NCBI GenBank assembly: GCA_012295275.1
Contig: CM022667.1
Coordinates: 18,476,001-18,540,000 of the forward strand
DNA length: 64,000 nt
Source: Chrysomallon squamiferum
Taxonomy: Eukaryota > Animalia > Mollusca
Direction: 5' to 3'
Shown: one piece after another, positions 17,979 through 31,801 of the stretch
Numbering within the stretch: the stretch's first letter is position 1
Layout of the letters: each line of letters begins with the position of its first letter
Notes under the pieces: generated by a model
The model's input: only the letters and a program-made list of their open reading frames with translations
What the model was told of the DNA's origin: nothing
The model's database searches: none
Position numbers and translations under genes: made by a program

Positions 17979-19160
17979 TATTAATTTCTGTTCATATAAA
18001 GAATATATAGGTTATATCAGTTATTCAGTCACAAATACAAATTATATTATTTCTATTTCATATTTTTAAACTAATTTTTTATTAGAAAATTCTATAATAA
18101 TAATAAATAACATAACATAAAAAGTACAAATTAATTTTATTATCTGCATCACACTTGAAATTATATATATAAACCCAAAACGTCAACTATTATTTCTATT
18201 ATGCATTAATTAATTGTATTAATTGCTAAAATAAAATAAAATAACAATGACAAATGAAATATTTTGAAATTAACAATAATATAATAATAATAACAAATAA
18301 TTAGTGGTTCACGTACTTGACTAAGTTCATTTCGTTATCTTATATATTAATAATTTATCTTTAATATATTATATATACCAAACAGGTAAAATTAAAATAC
18401 TGTAAAAAAAAATGTTTATGTTTTTATGTTGATGTTACTGATTATTTTATACAACACTTTTTGTTGGACTAGTAATAGTATGATCTATCGATTCTATTTT
18501 AGTATTTAATATCATAATCGCCAATCTTGTTTAGAACTCTTAATTGTATCTCGACACAATTAAATGGATTATTACAAAAATAAGCACACTTTCTGGCACG
18601 CTTTCAGAATATATTAAGAATTCACTATAATGGCAAATGTTCATCAATTAAGAAACTCATATCGTGGGACACACGCGAAGTGAAAGTTGACGTCGACTGT
18701 TTTGCTTGTAGTCATAAGCGGTTCACTTGCAACATTAACAAATTCGTAGACTGGTTGCTATAGATAACTTACTGGAGGGGAAAAGACGAATTTTTATTTA
18801 TTGATTTAATATTTATTCAGTACTGGTTAACAAATGATAGAAATAATATCTAACAATAATAATAATAAGAATAATAATAATAATATCGACATATAGGATT
18901 ACCAACAAGCACTTTACAGACCATTCCTGCATCATTGGCAATAAGGGAAATAGACCAAGTAGTATTTCGTGTATGTTTTGTTTTGTCATGCCAGAATCTT
19001 GAAAATTTACAATAGATCGAGCTTTCATTATATTGTAACATATGACAGTATTATAACATTTCATGCTGTAAATAAATTTCAGTAATATAAAATGATTTTT
19101 AATTTAATATAAACATTTAATGGTTTATTATTAATGGCATTTGCAATGGCCTTCGGTTTT

Positions 19161-19954
19161 GGGTCATTCCGTGTCAAATAACCCAATGGGTTAAACCTGT
19201 CCATCTCAGATTTTTATGAAACTTGGTATACTTGTTGATTGGGATCCCACAGCAAGTCAGACCAGTGGTCTGGGAGATATGGCCCCCCCCCCCGAATTTT
19301 GAGATTTTCGGACACAGTGGGCGTGACCACCAACCTTTGAACCCTCATCATCTCAGGAACTACTGGGACAATCTTCATAAAATTGGTATTGTTGAAAAGG
19401 CAATATGACAAGGATTCCAAGTCTGCGATTATTGTTCAGTTTGAAAGAATGTTGGGGTACACTGACCTTTTGACCCTTGTTATGACCTTGAAATTGACCG
19501 TGGATCACGTGACCTTGAGATGACTGTTTTGAAATTTAATCTCCCACGTTAAGTAAAACATAAAAGTTTCAGAGGTGTAATATTATTTGTTTAGCCACAA
19601 TATAGATTTTAAAAATGCATACCCGCACAGATGATTGATACAGTGCATTACAATGTACATTTTCTACATGTATAGACTTCTCAAAATCCACCTGACATGT
19701 CTGAAGGATATGAAAATATGCCAAATGGCATGAAATGTTCTACACAATCAGGCCCAATGGGTTAACAGGAAGTGTAGCTTCAGGCATGTCAGGAACTCCC
19801 CTGGTGAAATCCCCATTGTGCACATGACAATTAGAAGTTTCTACTACTAATTCTTCTAATACTCTATTCCCACTACCTTTTGTTTCTAGCTATTTCAACT
19901 AATATTACATCTTCTACTGAGACTGGGGGGGGGGCGAATTGACACGGCTGACAC
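19161..19954. mobile_element. Non-autonomous DNA transposon (~800 bp), superfamily uncertain
   Basis: Left end GGGTCATTCCGTGTCAA; right end TTGACACGGCTGACAC is an imperfect inverse. GC-richer than the flanks, with internal repeats CCCAATGGGTTAA (x2) and TGACCTT (x3). No credible ORF. Confidence 0.55.
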
Positions 19955-21133
19955 TTTTTGATATTTGTAATCTAATTCGTGATGACGTCACATGCGATGT
20001 CTGTAGAGGTCATAACGTGTGATTGCTGTTTTGAATTTACCTTCATATCAGGAATTAAAATGTCATATATCTTCAAGTATACAGTTTTCATTCATATTGT
20101 TAATTGATGAAAGACCTTCGATATTCTGATCAAACAGCAAAATTTCCATAGTTTATTCGACTTGAGGAAATCAAGTTACAATTATTTATTTACGTTTTTA
20201 ATTTTTACATTATATCGACGATTTCTCCGTTTACATGCTAACATGAAAAAAAGCCATTTAATATTTGGATATACGAATCCGCTAGATTCGTCAAAATAAT
20301 TAGTTCTAAGGAAACGCTTAGTGATTTGCGAAAACATAGATATAGCAAACATTTATTTTATTTCCAATCTAATGGCAGTATTTTAATCAGGTGACCTTAC
20401 AGAAGATGATAATGATTTTTAAAATAATCTTTACCGCCAAATCATATGTTCTTAAAAACTTGAATATAAAAACAAAAACATTCTGGACCCCGGGTAGGCA
20501 CTAATGGCGAAAAGTACGATTTTGTAAACACAGCATGATCTCACAGAGCAGCTGACACGAAATTTTAAATGCATCAAGAAAAACACCTTAACAAAGTACT
20601 CTCGTGGTTTCAAGGAAAAACAAATTAAATCATTTACGAAAACAGGTTGTCTGCTTTTTAAACACTTCTTTTCCGCAATGTTTTTCTGTACAAAATTCTA
20701 CAATGAATACAAAACAAAATGTTCGCCTAAGTACGAACTATGTCAGGAAAGTGTTCCTTTTATGTTTTTAAAACTTCGGCCAGTTAATACGACGTATAAA
20801 ATAGTCACTGAAGTGCAAGGCATTGTTTTTAGACCAAACTGGTCTGAGGTCAGGGCCTAATGTTTGCACACCTAATAAAGATATATTCAAAATGAGGTCA
20901 GAGGATCCGTAACACTACAGCCTTTAGTAGATCTAAGTTGATAGTTTTAACGCTAATGGTCGGTTGGTGCGTTAATTCTCAGTATTTCACTATAAGTAGT
21001 TGATCTTTTTCAAGGTTTTCTTGTGAGTTTTTTTTTTTTTTTTTTTTTATGTTTTTTTTTTTTATTATTATTAAAGTTAAACCATTCTAATGACTATTTA
21101 TTTATTTATTTTTTTTTTCTTCAAAATATGACT

Positions 21134-21643
21134 AGCATGCACCAATGATTTAATAAATATATATAATAATAGGAAACTCATTGTTTGCATACATAAAAGT
21201 ACATGTTTTAGAAGTTGAATACTTTTTGCTTTAACGAAAAAGAGTGAAAATGTCATTTTAAACTAATTTTTGGGGTACGGCCGGTTGACGTACATTTAAT
21301 TTCTTTTTTTTAATTTTCTGTTGTAACTGCATCAAGCGTTATAATGAATGTATCAAGGCAATCATTCAATTAACATGTGATCAATTTGCTTTTTACATCT
21401 AAATACGACCTTTAATGCATTGAAAATGGCAATAAATATTATTTAAAAAAAGAAGAATGAAAAACAAAAGAAGAATTATAATGGTTTCAAGTATCGTTTT
21501 ACAACTACATACTCCGAACTGTCTGCTATGGAGTTTTATCAGAGTACGTGTGCACATTATGGTACCTAATGAGAATAGTTAACTTCATATTAACGCGCCA
21601 GAGTCTCTGAAAATTATTTATTTTAATTTAATTTATTATTAGA

Positions 21644-21678
<35 letters not shown>

Positions 21679-22159
21679 GCGACTTAATAATATCTGAGAA
21701 AATATATATTACGAAACGTGTACGAGATGGTATGAAGTCAAAGTTAACCAAAAGAAAAAGGTTTCGACCTTTGCAGCAATTTCTACTCAGTAATAGACGA
21801 CTAAGTATACGAGGCATTGATTAAATGACATATTTCCCCAAATTACTTTTAATAATCCATGTAGAATTGATTGCATTATGAAGGCATACGTATTTAAATG
21901 TTTGTAAACACTGATCGGCGTTCGACGCTGACATCTTGGATTTCGATCGGAAGTTTCCGTTAACTCACGAACATTTTTAAACTTCCAAATTCAGCTACAT
22001 CACATCTGTTTTCTGAACTTTCATGATTTACACTGATAAAGATAAGGATGGTTGCACATGTTACCAAACCATTACCCATTAAATCGGCGAATTGTCTGGA
22101 GGCTCTTTCCGTGACCTAATTTGTGCCGTTACGGGTTACCGTTCTTGTTGGTCCATGCT
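21134..22159 (+). mobile_element. ~1-kb MITE, copy 1 (TIR AGCATG(G/C)ACCAA)
   Basis: Starts AGCATGCACCAA (21134) and ends TTGGTCCATGCT (22159). The body aligns by eye to the reverse complement of 22396-23543. Confidence 0.75.
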
Positions 22160-22256
22160 AATATGACGTTTCATCGACAGTATGAAAAGATAACGATTAC
22201 GATACCACTATTAAAACGTCATTTTCTTGCTGGTTATTATTTTTTATTTTATTTTA

Positions 22257-22299
<43 letters not shown>

Positions 22300-22395
22300 T
22301 TTTTTTTTTTTTTTGGTGATTCTTGTTGTTAGTCTGTTTGAAAGCTCCTGTCGAAACAAATTTAATTAATATCATCAGGAACTTTCTGTTTAATT

Positions 22396-23543
22396 AGCAT
22401 GGACCAACAGGAACGATAACTCGTAACGGTACAAATTACATCAGGAAAAAAGCCTCAAGAAATTTCGCCGATTTAATGGGTACAAAAAATCCCTAAATGC
22501 TGTTTTCTGCTGGGTTCTGAGAGTGGGAACACTGACAGCTACAAAAGTTAATACATTGATCTTATTCCGCATTATAATTTAAGTTTATTATGCACGCATT
22601 TACACAAAAATAATCAATTTGGTAAGTTAGATTAAATTGAAAAGGTAGTTAGAAAAGGCGCGTGACATCATGGTTTGGTAATATGAACAACCATGCTTAC
22701 CTTTATCAGTGTAAATCATAAAACGTTGTAAAAAATGGTCGCAGAATAATTGAATTTGGAAGTTTAACAATCTCCTTGAGCGCACGGAAACTTCCAATCG
22801 AGATGGCAGCGTCGAAGCCGATTAGTGTTTCCAAACGTTTAAATATGCATGCCTTCATAATGCAATCAATTCTACATGTATTATTAAAAGTAATTTGGGG
22901 AAATATGTCATTTAATCAATGCCTCTTATACATAGATGTCTATTATTGAATAGAAATTGTTGCAAAGGTCAAAACCTTTTTTTTTTTTTGGTTTCTCTGA
23001 CGTCATACCATCTCGTACACATTTTTTTCAGATATTATTACGTCGCCAGAAAAAATAAAATAAAATAATAATAAAATAAAATAAAATAATTTTCACAGAC
23101 ACTGGCACGTGATTATGAAGATTACTACTCTCATTAGGTTCCATAGGAGACAGTTCTGAGTACGAAGTTGTAAAACGATACTTAAAACCATTATAGTTCT
23201 TTTTTCTTTCTTTTTTTTTTTTTTTTTTTTTCGTTTTTTTAAAAATAATATTTATTACCATTTTCAATGCATCAAAATTCGTATTTACATGTAAAAGGCA
23301 AATAGAACACGTGTTATTTCAATGATTGCCTTGATGCATTCATTATAACGCTTGAATCAGTTTTAAAACAGTAAATTAAAAAAAAAAAAAAAAAAAATGT
23401 CAACCGGCATTATATATAAAAAAGAATGATCAAAAATTAAATTTTCACACTTTTTCGTTAAAACAAAAAGCATTCAACTTCTAAAACATGTATGCAAACA
23501 ATGAGTTTACTATTTTTATTTTTAAAAATTATTGGTCCATGCT
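22396..23543 (-). mobile_element. ~1.1-kb MITE, copy 2, inverted relative to copy 1
   Basis: Starts AGCATGGACCAA (22396) and ends TTGGTCCATGCT (23543). For example GCATTGATTAAATGACATATTTCCCCAAATTACTTTTAATAAT (~21815) is inverted at ~22880-22922. Carries ~190 bp of extra sequence at ~22485-22672. Confidence 0.75.
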
Positions 23544-24677
23544 TTTTAATAACTATTCATAACATCATCAGATTTTTCAATTAAGTATCCAAAATTTGAA
23601 ATGCAAAAGGCACTGCGCCAAAAGGATTTTCGTTACTGGATTGTCATGTACAGATAAATTGTCATCATATCTAGAGATATTTGGTATAACTACAATCTTT
23701 TGTATTAACAGAATGTCAGTAACAATAATATATCCGATCTACAAAACTATTGTATAGATTCTATCTTACATTCATAATCTTTGATTTCTCCTCAGCCATA
23801 TGGATGAAATTTTACCACAGCTTATTATTATTCTATGTTTTATGTTTTTATTTAAAAATAAATTTGATGTCCCATATAAATGATATGAAAGTATTTGTTT
23901 TGTAAAATAGTATGGTGGTATGTAAAAAGCTATACTGAAGGACAGCTAATGAAATCCATTTAAAACATATTTTAGTAATTTTACAGTTTCTTTGAGTTTA
24001 TAATTATACTTGAGATGTTCTTTTTGTATTAAAATATTTTTATTTATCCTGCTGATCCTATTTTGAAGCATTTGTCAGACAGATTTATATCCAGGGCCTC
24101 AATTTTAGATCATATTTATTGCAAAATGTTATTTTATACATTTAATTTAATTAATTAATTTATTAAGTTAATTACATCTTCTATTTTCATTGGATGTCAG
24201 TATCCACATGGATATAGAAATCCAGCTGTACAAATGTAAATTATTATGGTGTTTTGTTATTTAATTTGAAATTATTCTCTGTGCAATAATTTTGTGTTTT
24301 TAAAAAAAAACCATATCTGTCTTTTGTAACTATATATTTTATTTAAATAATTTATGTTAAGCCTATTTTCTTGCATTTGCCAAATGGATCAAAATTTATG
24401 TTTGATATTTCTTCACACGTTACTTTATTTATTACATATTTTTATTTATTTATGTATTTATTATTATTATTATTATTATTTATATGTTTATTTATTTATT
24501 ATTATTATTATTAAATTTAGTGTAGTATTAAAATAGTTTATTAGTCTGTAATAATATATTTTATTTACTTTTCTAGTACTCAGTCTATTTTATAAGATTC
24601 ATCAAATGGATCTACATTCATATTTTCTATAATGATGAAACTTTACATACAGATTATTATTGTTGTTGTTGTTGTTG

Positions 24678-24721
<44 letters not shown>

Positions 24722-26610
24722 TTAAATAAATATCTTTATCAAAGTGAAAAAGTCAAGAAGTAAATATTCAATTAATTTTTAATATTTTTGTTGAATCCAG
24801 CAAATTATACTGCTCACAGGAAAAATGCTCATAAAAATATACTGGGGTAATTTTGTTTTTTCATCATTTCTTTCACAGTTTTTAGTATTCTCTAAAAATA
24901 TATTTTATTTATAATGATATTCTACTCATCCTATTTCCATCAGTCCACCAAATGAACCTATGCATGGGTTTTATGTTTTACATAATTGACACACCTGCTG
25001 CTCAACTTACTTCAAAGTATCTGCTGACAAGATCTGTATATGTACGCTCAGTTTGTGGATTGTATTACAAAATATATATATCTTTAATATTTTAAATGTT
25101 TTTTGATAATTATTTTTGAATAGCTGAATTATTTTACTGCATTTAAAAAGTTAAAATTTAATTGTACCTCATATGTTGTTTCTTTATTTGTTGTCATTAT
25201 ATAGAATATCTCTTGTAAGCATGAACCATGCAACTGATTACTTGCAAATCATGGACTAAAATTTTATTAAATTTGATATTTACTTTTGATCTAAATTTTT
25301 AAGTAGTCGTTTAATTTGTTATTACTGTTTTCTACTGTACAAGTGGTCCTTAATTAATACAGTTGTTAGATAATAAAAATTATTTTAAATATTCTGTGAA
25401 TAAAAATGAAAAATATTTTATTTATATAATGAACAATGTTTTCTTTTCTCTGAATTAAATATATAAAAAGATGATGAACAAAAAATTTAAAACAATAAAA
25501 AAAATAAAAGCTCTAAAATTATCTAAAATGGTACTTTTTAAAGTAATATTATTAAATGAAGTAAAATTGCTTTCCTGTCATTTCTATGCATGTTTCTGAC
25601 AATGATTTAATATGAATGTAGTTTTATGTGTGTTTATGTACGTCTGTTTGTTTATAAGGAAGACAGAAATGTGTAAATGAAAAAAAAAGTCATTATCACA
25701 AAAAAAGAGCCAAAAAATGAAAGCAAGAAAAATTAAAGAAAACTTGGTAAATAACAAAACAAATTATTTTATTTAATAAATTGATAAATTCATAAGTGTT
25801 CATTTAATAAACATATTTTTTTAGTTAAAAGAATAATGACACTTTGATACCAAATTTTACACATTTATTCCTCAGTAATATACAAAAAAAAGAAGAAAAA
25901 AAAAAGAAAGAAATCAAAACAAATTAATTTATCATTATATTTTTAAAATAAATATATTTTAAAGACTAGTCGTGGGTTATTATTTCTTCATAATATTTTT
26001 GATATAAATAAATAGCCGTTATATTAGAAACAGTAAAACATAAAACTTAAAAACATTGCACACGATGTAATAAATTGTTGTCCAAATGACTTCAGCACAG
26101 AAACACTATATTGTATATAAAATATGTTCTATCAAGAATAGTTAATATAGGTAAAAATATTTAAAAAACGAAAAAAGAAAGTCTCTACCATAATCTGTTT
26201 CATTCTCTTTTATTAGTCACGGCAAGATTCTTCTCTTACTGTTATTATTGTTGGGTTTTTTTAGTTCTTTTTATTTATTTTTACAAGTTATTACAGATTA
26301 CAAGTAAATAGCTACTCACATGTATGCATACACACACACAAATAAAAAACAGTATGGTGAGTGTGCGAGATGACAGGAGAAAAAGTTTTCCCATTTAATT
26401 AGATATTAATATGTAAAATTACTCAGGTTCGTTGTTCTCTTTTGTGAAACTTAAATTGACTTTTTTATTTTCTTCGATTTATTTATTTATTTATTTTTGA
26501 CTTCAGTTAGAAATATTTCATTAAAAATTTTGTTCTAGAAGAATTTATATTCTTATTGCCCTATGATGATGATATACAATGAAGGAGAAGAGAAACAATG
26601 GTGGCCGTGA

Positions 26611-29600
26611 TCAGAAAAAAGGCTTATAACAAGTACGATCAGTCCTGTCTGATACCTTGATAGCCCGGTAGACAGCCATAAACATGAATGGAAACTTTGC
26701 CAGGAAGTACTTGCACGGATCATCAAGGGCTTCTCTGGAAGCTCGAGACCTACAATATCATTTGTTTTTAAAAAAAAAAACTTGTTAGAATTAGCATAAA
26801 TATTCTGTGAATAAAAATATAAATACTTTTTGTTGTATTTATAATTAATTTTGAATTTCGAACAATGTTTTTTTATTGCATTGTTATAATATTCAGTGAC
26901 ACAATCATCTGGTTACAAACTGAAAATATATTCTCACCTAAAGCCCCAGTTTTTTTAAATTAGTTTAACTGCAGATCCTCTCACCCCGCCCTCAGTTATT
27001 TTGAAGAAAAAGCAATGGGGAAATAGAATTTTCTTCTAGCCAAGAAATTGTAAAATGGAGATTATTTTTTGATACCCTAAACTCATTCGAAGCATTGAAA
27101 ACACAAACATAATGCATTTGGACAAGGAATGATTTTATGTTTTCTCATTATTCCTTCTACTCAGTTCCTATTGCACCAGTGGCAATACATAATTTTTGAG
27201 TAATATACATGACCTGAATTTACTAAATTCTTTTCAAGGATATTCACTGATAATATCATTGGACATAACTGAATAAACAGACAAAATGAGTTTTAAAACC
27301 AAAACGTATTTCAAATTTAATACAAGCTTTGTATTCCATATACTAGTCAGAAAGCGAAGTGATGTTTACAGCTGTCCCATAGTTATATCTAGGACGTTAA
27401 TCCTGCAAGATTGCGCAGGATCGTTAAATTGCGCTGTCACTTGAGGGATATCAAGAAGCCGGGCATTTACCCGATCGTAAGAATGCGCATCGTGATCTTA
27501 AGATAGCCCAGATCGGCAAGTCGCGCGGAACATAAAGACCTACACATGCATACATGATTATAAACACATAAACACAATACTGTCAACAAATATTTATGTT
27601 TTCAACATTTGTAGAGCTATTATTTTATGTCCATATAATAATTATTGTCATTTTTAATAAAACCTCTAGTTAAATGAAGACTTAAAGTAAATACAGTTAA
27701 TATAGTGTACCGTATGTTGTTTAATAATGAATGTATAATATGATAAAGTCTTTTATAATACCGATCGCAATCAGTAGCATAAAGGAAATAAAAATATATT
27801 TCCTCTTGTTCGTATGAGTTAATTTTCAAGAGATAATATTTGTTGACGTGCCTTTGAAAATGATATACGTCAGATAAATGGTCACATAGGAAATACACTT
27901 GTCACCCAGTTAGATGACATTTGTAAATAAATAAATAAATAGCAGCAACTTGCAAAAATCTCGCCTTGTTGACTGTTCAAGCATATTAGAATAAGACGAT
28001 TGATGACTGATAGGCGAGCTTAGTGATGTTATATAATAAATTCAGTAATGACGAACACCGGTATGATTGCGATATTTCAGAGGATTTGCGTTATTCGTCA
28101 GATATACATTACAGAAATAGCACTACCTTTGGCTTAAAAAATCTCGTTTAGCTGATTGTTCAAGCCTTTTAGAATACAGCGCTTGATCACTGATTTGCCT
28201 AGATGATATTAAGTCATAAAATTAATAATGGCGGATGCGGATGTGACCATGAGATTTTAGAGGTGCTTTGGTCTGCTTTATTCGTCAGATATGCATGGTA
28301 TAATGTGTACGACTTTGTACTAACATTTTATCGAAATGTAGGCAACAGTTGTAAACAAAGAGTACAAGTTCAGATAGGCTGTGTTTGTATTGACGAAAAG
28401 CTCGCATCTCTTTCATAACGGAAGGGTGTACCTCGGTTATCTGTAAAGATAAAATTAAAAAGAAAATTAATTATTAACAAAGTGATAAATTAAAAGAAAG
28501 CAAGTGAGAGGAATGAGTCGAAAAAACAATGAGTTGATAGTTCCTTAATGTTATATTTTATTTTAATTTTTTAAATATATAATCTTTATAACAGTTTTTA
28601 ATTATTTATTTTAATATTATCATTATATTATTTTATTAATATTATTACTGTTATTGTTGTTTTTGTTATGCTGTATTTATTACTATTTATTTTCATATGT
28701 TTATTTTGTTATTAATAAACAAAGAAACAAAGAATGCTAGAATTAACAATTCAGTGTTTACACCAGTCTTCAACCCGGAAATAAGATCATTATAATGGCA
28801 AACAAAAATTAAACAGCTAATATTTATTTCGGTTATTGTGCTAGTATGAAGTATCTGCAAACTTTGCACTTACCCAGTTGTCACTTATAGCTTGGTTTGG
28901 TACAACATTTAAGAAATCTGTCATTTTTGTACCTCCATTTCCAGTTAGCGCCACGCTAAGAAAAAAAAAAAAAAAATAATAATAATAATAATAAATAAAC
29001 AAATAAATAAATAAATAAATAAAAAGAACTAAAAAAATAGAAATAAAACTAGAATTAACAATATACATACTTATATACGTGTATGTATGTTTGTATGCAT
29101 TATGTATGTATAATATGATAAGTAAAGCAATAAATTATAATATAAAGAGGTGCTTTTTGATGAGTAAATTAAAATAATCATGAAACGATTTTAACTGAAA
29201 ATACAGATTTAAAAAAGCACCCAGTTTTCATCTCCTTAAGGACATCAGAGCCGACAATCAAAATCAGCCTGAATCGTTTCTCGTCTGACCAGAAATATGG
29301 ATGTCTTCAAATAAAAAAAGCAAATAAATAAGTAGGTATGTAAGAAAATAAGTATACATAAATAAAGTAATTATATTATAATTTAAATAAAGATAAAATA
29401 GTTATGCAAATAAGGAAAGAATAAAACGAGTAACGGTGATATATAAAGACATATATGTAGACGATACTGTACGATATTTCTAAAGTAAATGCAATTTTAT
29501 TTGTTTTTGATAACTAATTTCTAAATTTTTGTTTGTTTGTTTGTTTCTTTATTTTATATTTTAGTACTAATATTACCAAAACTAATTTCAGCTTAAACTA

Positions 29601-31042
29601 AAATCAGAAAAAAAGAAGAATATATATATATTTTAATATTTTACACACAAAAATAATTAAACAGTCAGACCTACATACACAAATACAAACCTATATAAAC
29701 ATACACATAGGTCTATATATATACACAGAAACTGCAAACACAAATACACACCCATATATATTATACAGACATACATACAAACACACCAACACCCACCCAC
29801 CCATCCACACAAATGGATTTACCTGAGACAGATATCAATAGATGGGCGAGCTTCGATGTCGGAAAAAAGCATGCTGCAGATGAGGTCGTTGGCTTCCTCG
29901 TTGAGGTAGGTAAGCTCTGCACTGTTGAGGCAGATATTCACCTCAATTTCGTAAGGATTCTGTCCGTACGGGTGATGACCTCCACTCAGAATGTAGTACA
30001 GCAACATCCCAACTACCTTCAGTTTAATATAATGAAGAAGAAAAGTTTATATTAGAAAATTACTTCAGATTTCCTTTAATTCTTCTTATTATAGGTTTTT
30101 AAGAATGACAGTGAGAAAACATTAAAGAAATAATCTAACCTGGATGTCTGACGTCATAGTGGGAACGGAATCTTCATCGTTCTCCATTAGCATTTCAGTA
30201 GCCTGCCAGCAGCGATTTCCTGCTCCGATAACAAAAATACCAGATATACAGTGTACATACAATAATACAGAGTATACAAAACTATCAGATATACAGCGTG
30301 TATACAAAACTATCAGATATACAGCGTATATACAAAAATATCAGATGTGCAATGTATACAAAAATATCAGTAACAGTGTATACAAAAACATCAATAATAC
30401 AGTTTATATAAATATATCAGTTATACAGTGTATACACAAATATCAATAATACAGTGTATACAAAAATATCAAAAACCAGTGTATAAAAAAATATCAGTTA
30501 TGCAGTGTACACAAAAATTTCAGATATACAAAAATAGCAATAATTCAATGTACACAAAAATATCAGATATACAGTGTATTCAAAAAATCAGATACACAGC
30601 GTATACAAAAATATCAACAAAACAGTGTATGCAAAACAGACTCAAAAACATACAAATATACTCCCAAAAGAGAACAAACAAAAATAATACCATACACACA
30701 CAACATGCACATATATACAAACACACATACTCTCAAAGCAAACACACACCACACACATACACAAATACATACAAAAGATAAATAACCACAAAAACAAACA
30801 ACAACAAAAAAAAACACGTCCATTTAAACTCTGATCGAGATTTATAAATAACAAAGACACATAGACACAAATTCAGGTTTATTATTTCACCTTTTTGTGA
30901 CTGTCCAAGAGAAAAGCGGCACATCTTATCTTTGGCAACAATTCCGTATCCTCCTACACGCAGTTTTCCTTCTGAATCCACGAAAATGTTGTCTGGCTTT
31001 AAATAAATTAATATTTGGACAATGATCGTTGATAGTTAATGA

Positions 31043-31073
<31 letters not shown>

Positions 31074-31764
31074 TTATTTGTATACTTATGATATCCTAGC
31101 TAAACATATATATATATATATATATTTATAAATGCATTCATTCATTAAAAAATAAATAATAATAAATAAAAGGAAAAGAAAAGAGAGCAAGAAAGAAAGA
31201 AATTAACAAAATTTAATTATTGTTATTTTAAAATAACTAACTTTCAAGTTGCCATGGACGATGCCGATGTCGTCGTGCAGGTACTTGATTCCTTTTAGAA
31301 GCTGCCAGGCGAGTCTATTAACAGAGAGTGGATCGTGTTTGTGGTCGAGGTGAACTATTTTTATGTACTCCTGTAGAGTGTAGTCACAGAGTTCCATAGC
31401 CAGAAAGTGTTTGTTACCAACCTCAGCCAAAGCCTGAGAACAACATTTTTTATTTATCTTGTAATATTTATAAAACTATATTTATCTGAAAAATGAATTA
31501 CCGATACGCTATGAAGGAGAGATTCCGACATACATGTACATGCAAGTTTGGAAACGATCCAACCACGTTAATCCGGGAGTATATACGGAAAACATTGCTA
31601 CGTATGTACAGTCTATGTGTGTTTCAAGTGAATGAATAGATGAAAAAATAATTGTTGAAACAGATGAACAGTTAAAATGCCTGATCATAATCGGTACAAA
31701 AGAAAAACTAAAAACAAAAACCAAATCAAACAACAAAAATTAAAAAAGAACAGAAAACACTAAA

Positions 31765-31801
<37 letters not shown>

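Noticed and set aside
25387-26875. Shared AAATATTCTGTGAATAAAAAT segment at ~25387 and ~26798
   Set aside because: Short and very AT-rich; probably a small local duplication or repeat fragment, with no function supportable.
30144-30860. Repetitive ORFs, or a CRISPR-like array
   Set aside because: Degenerate tandem minisatellite without unique spacers, inside a eukaryotic intron.
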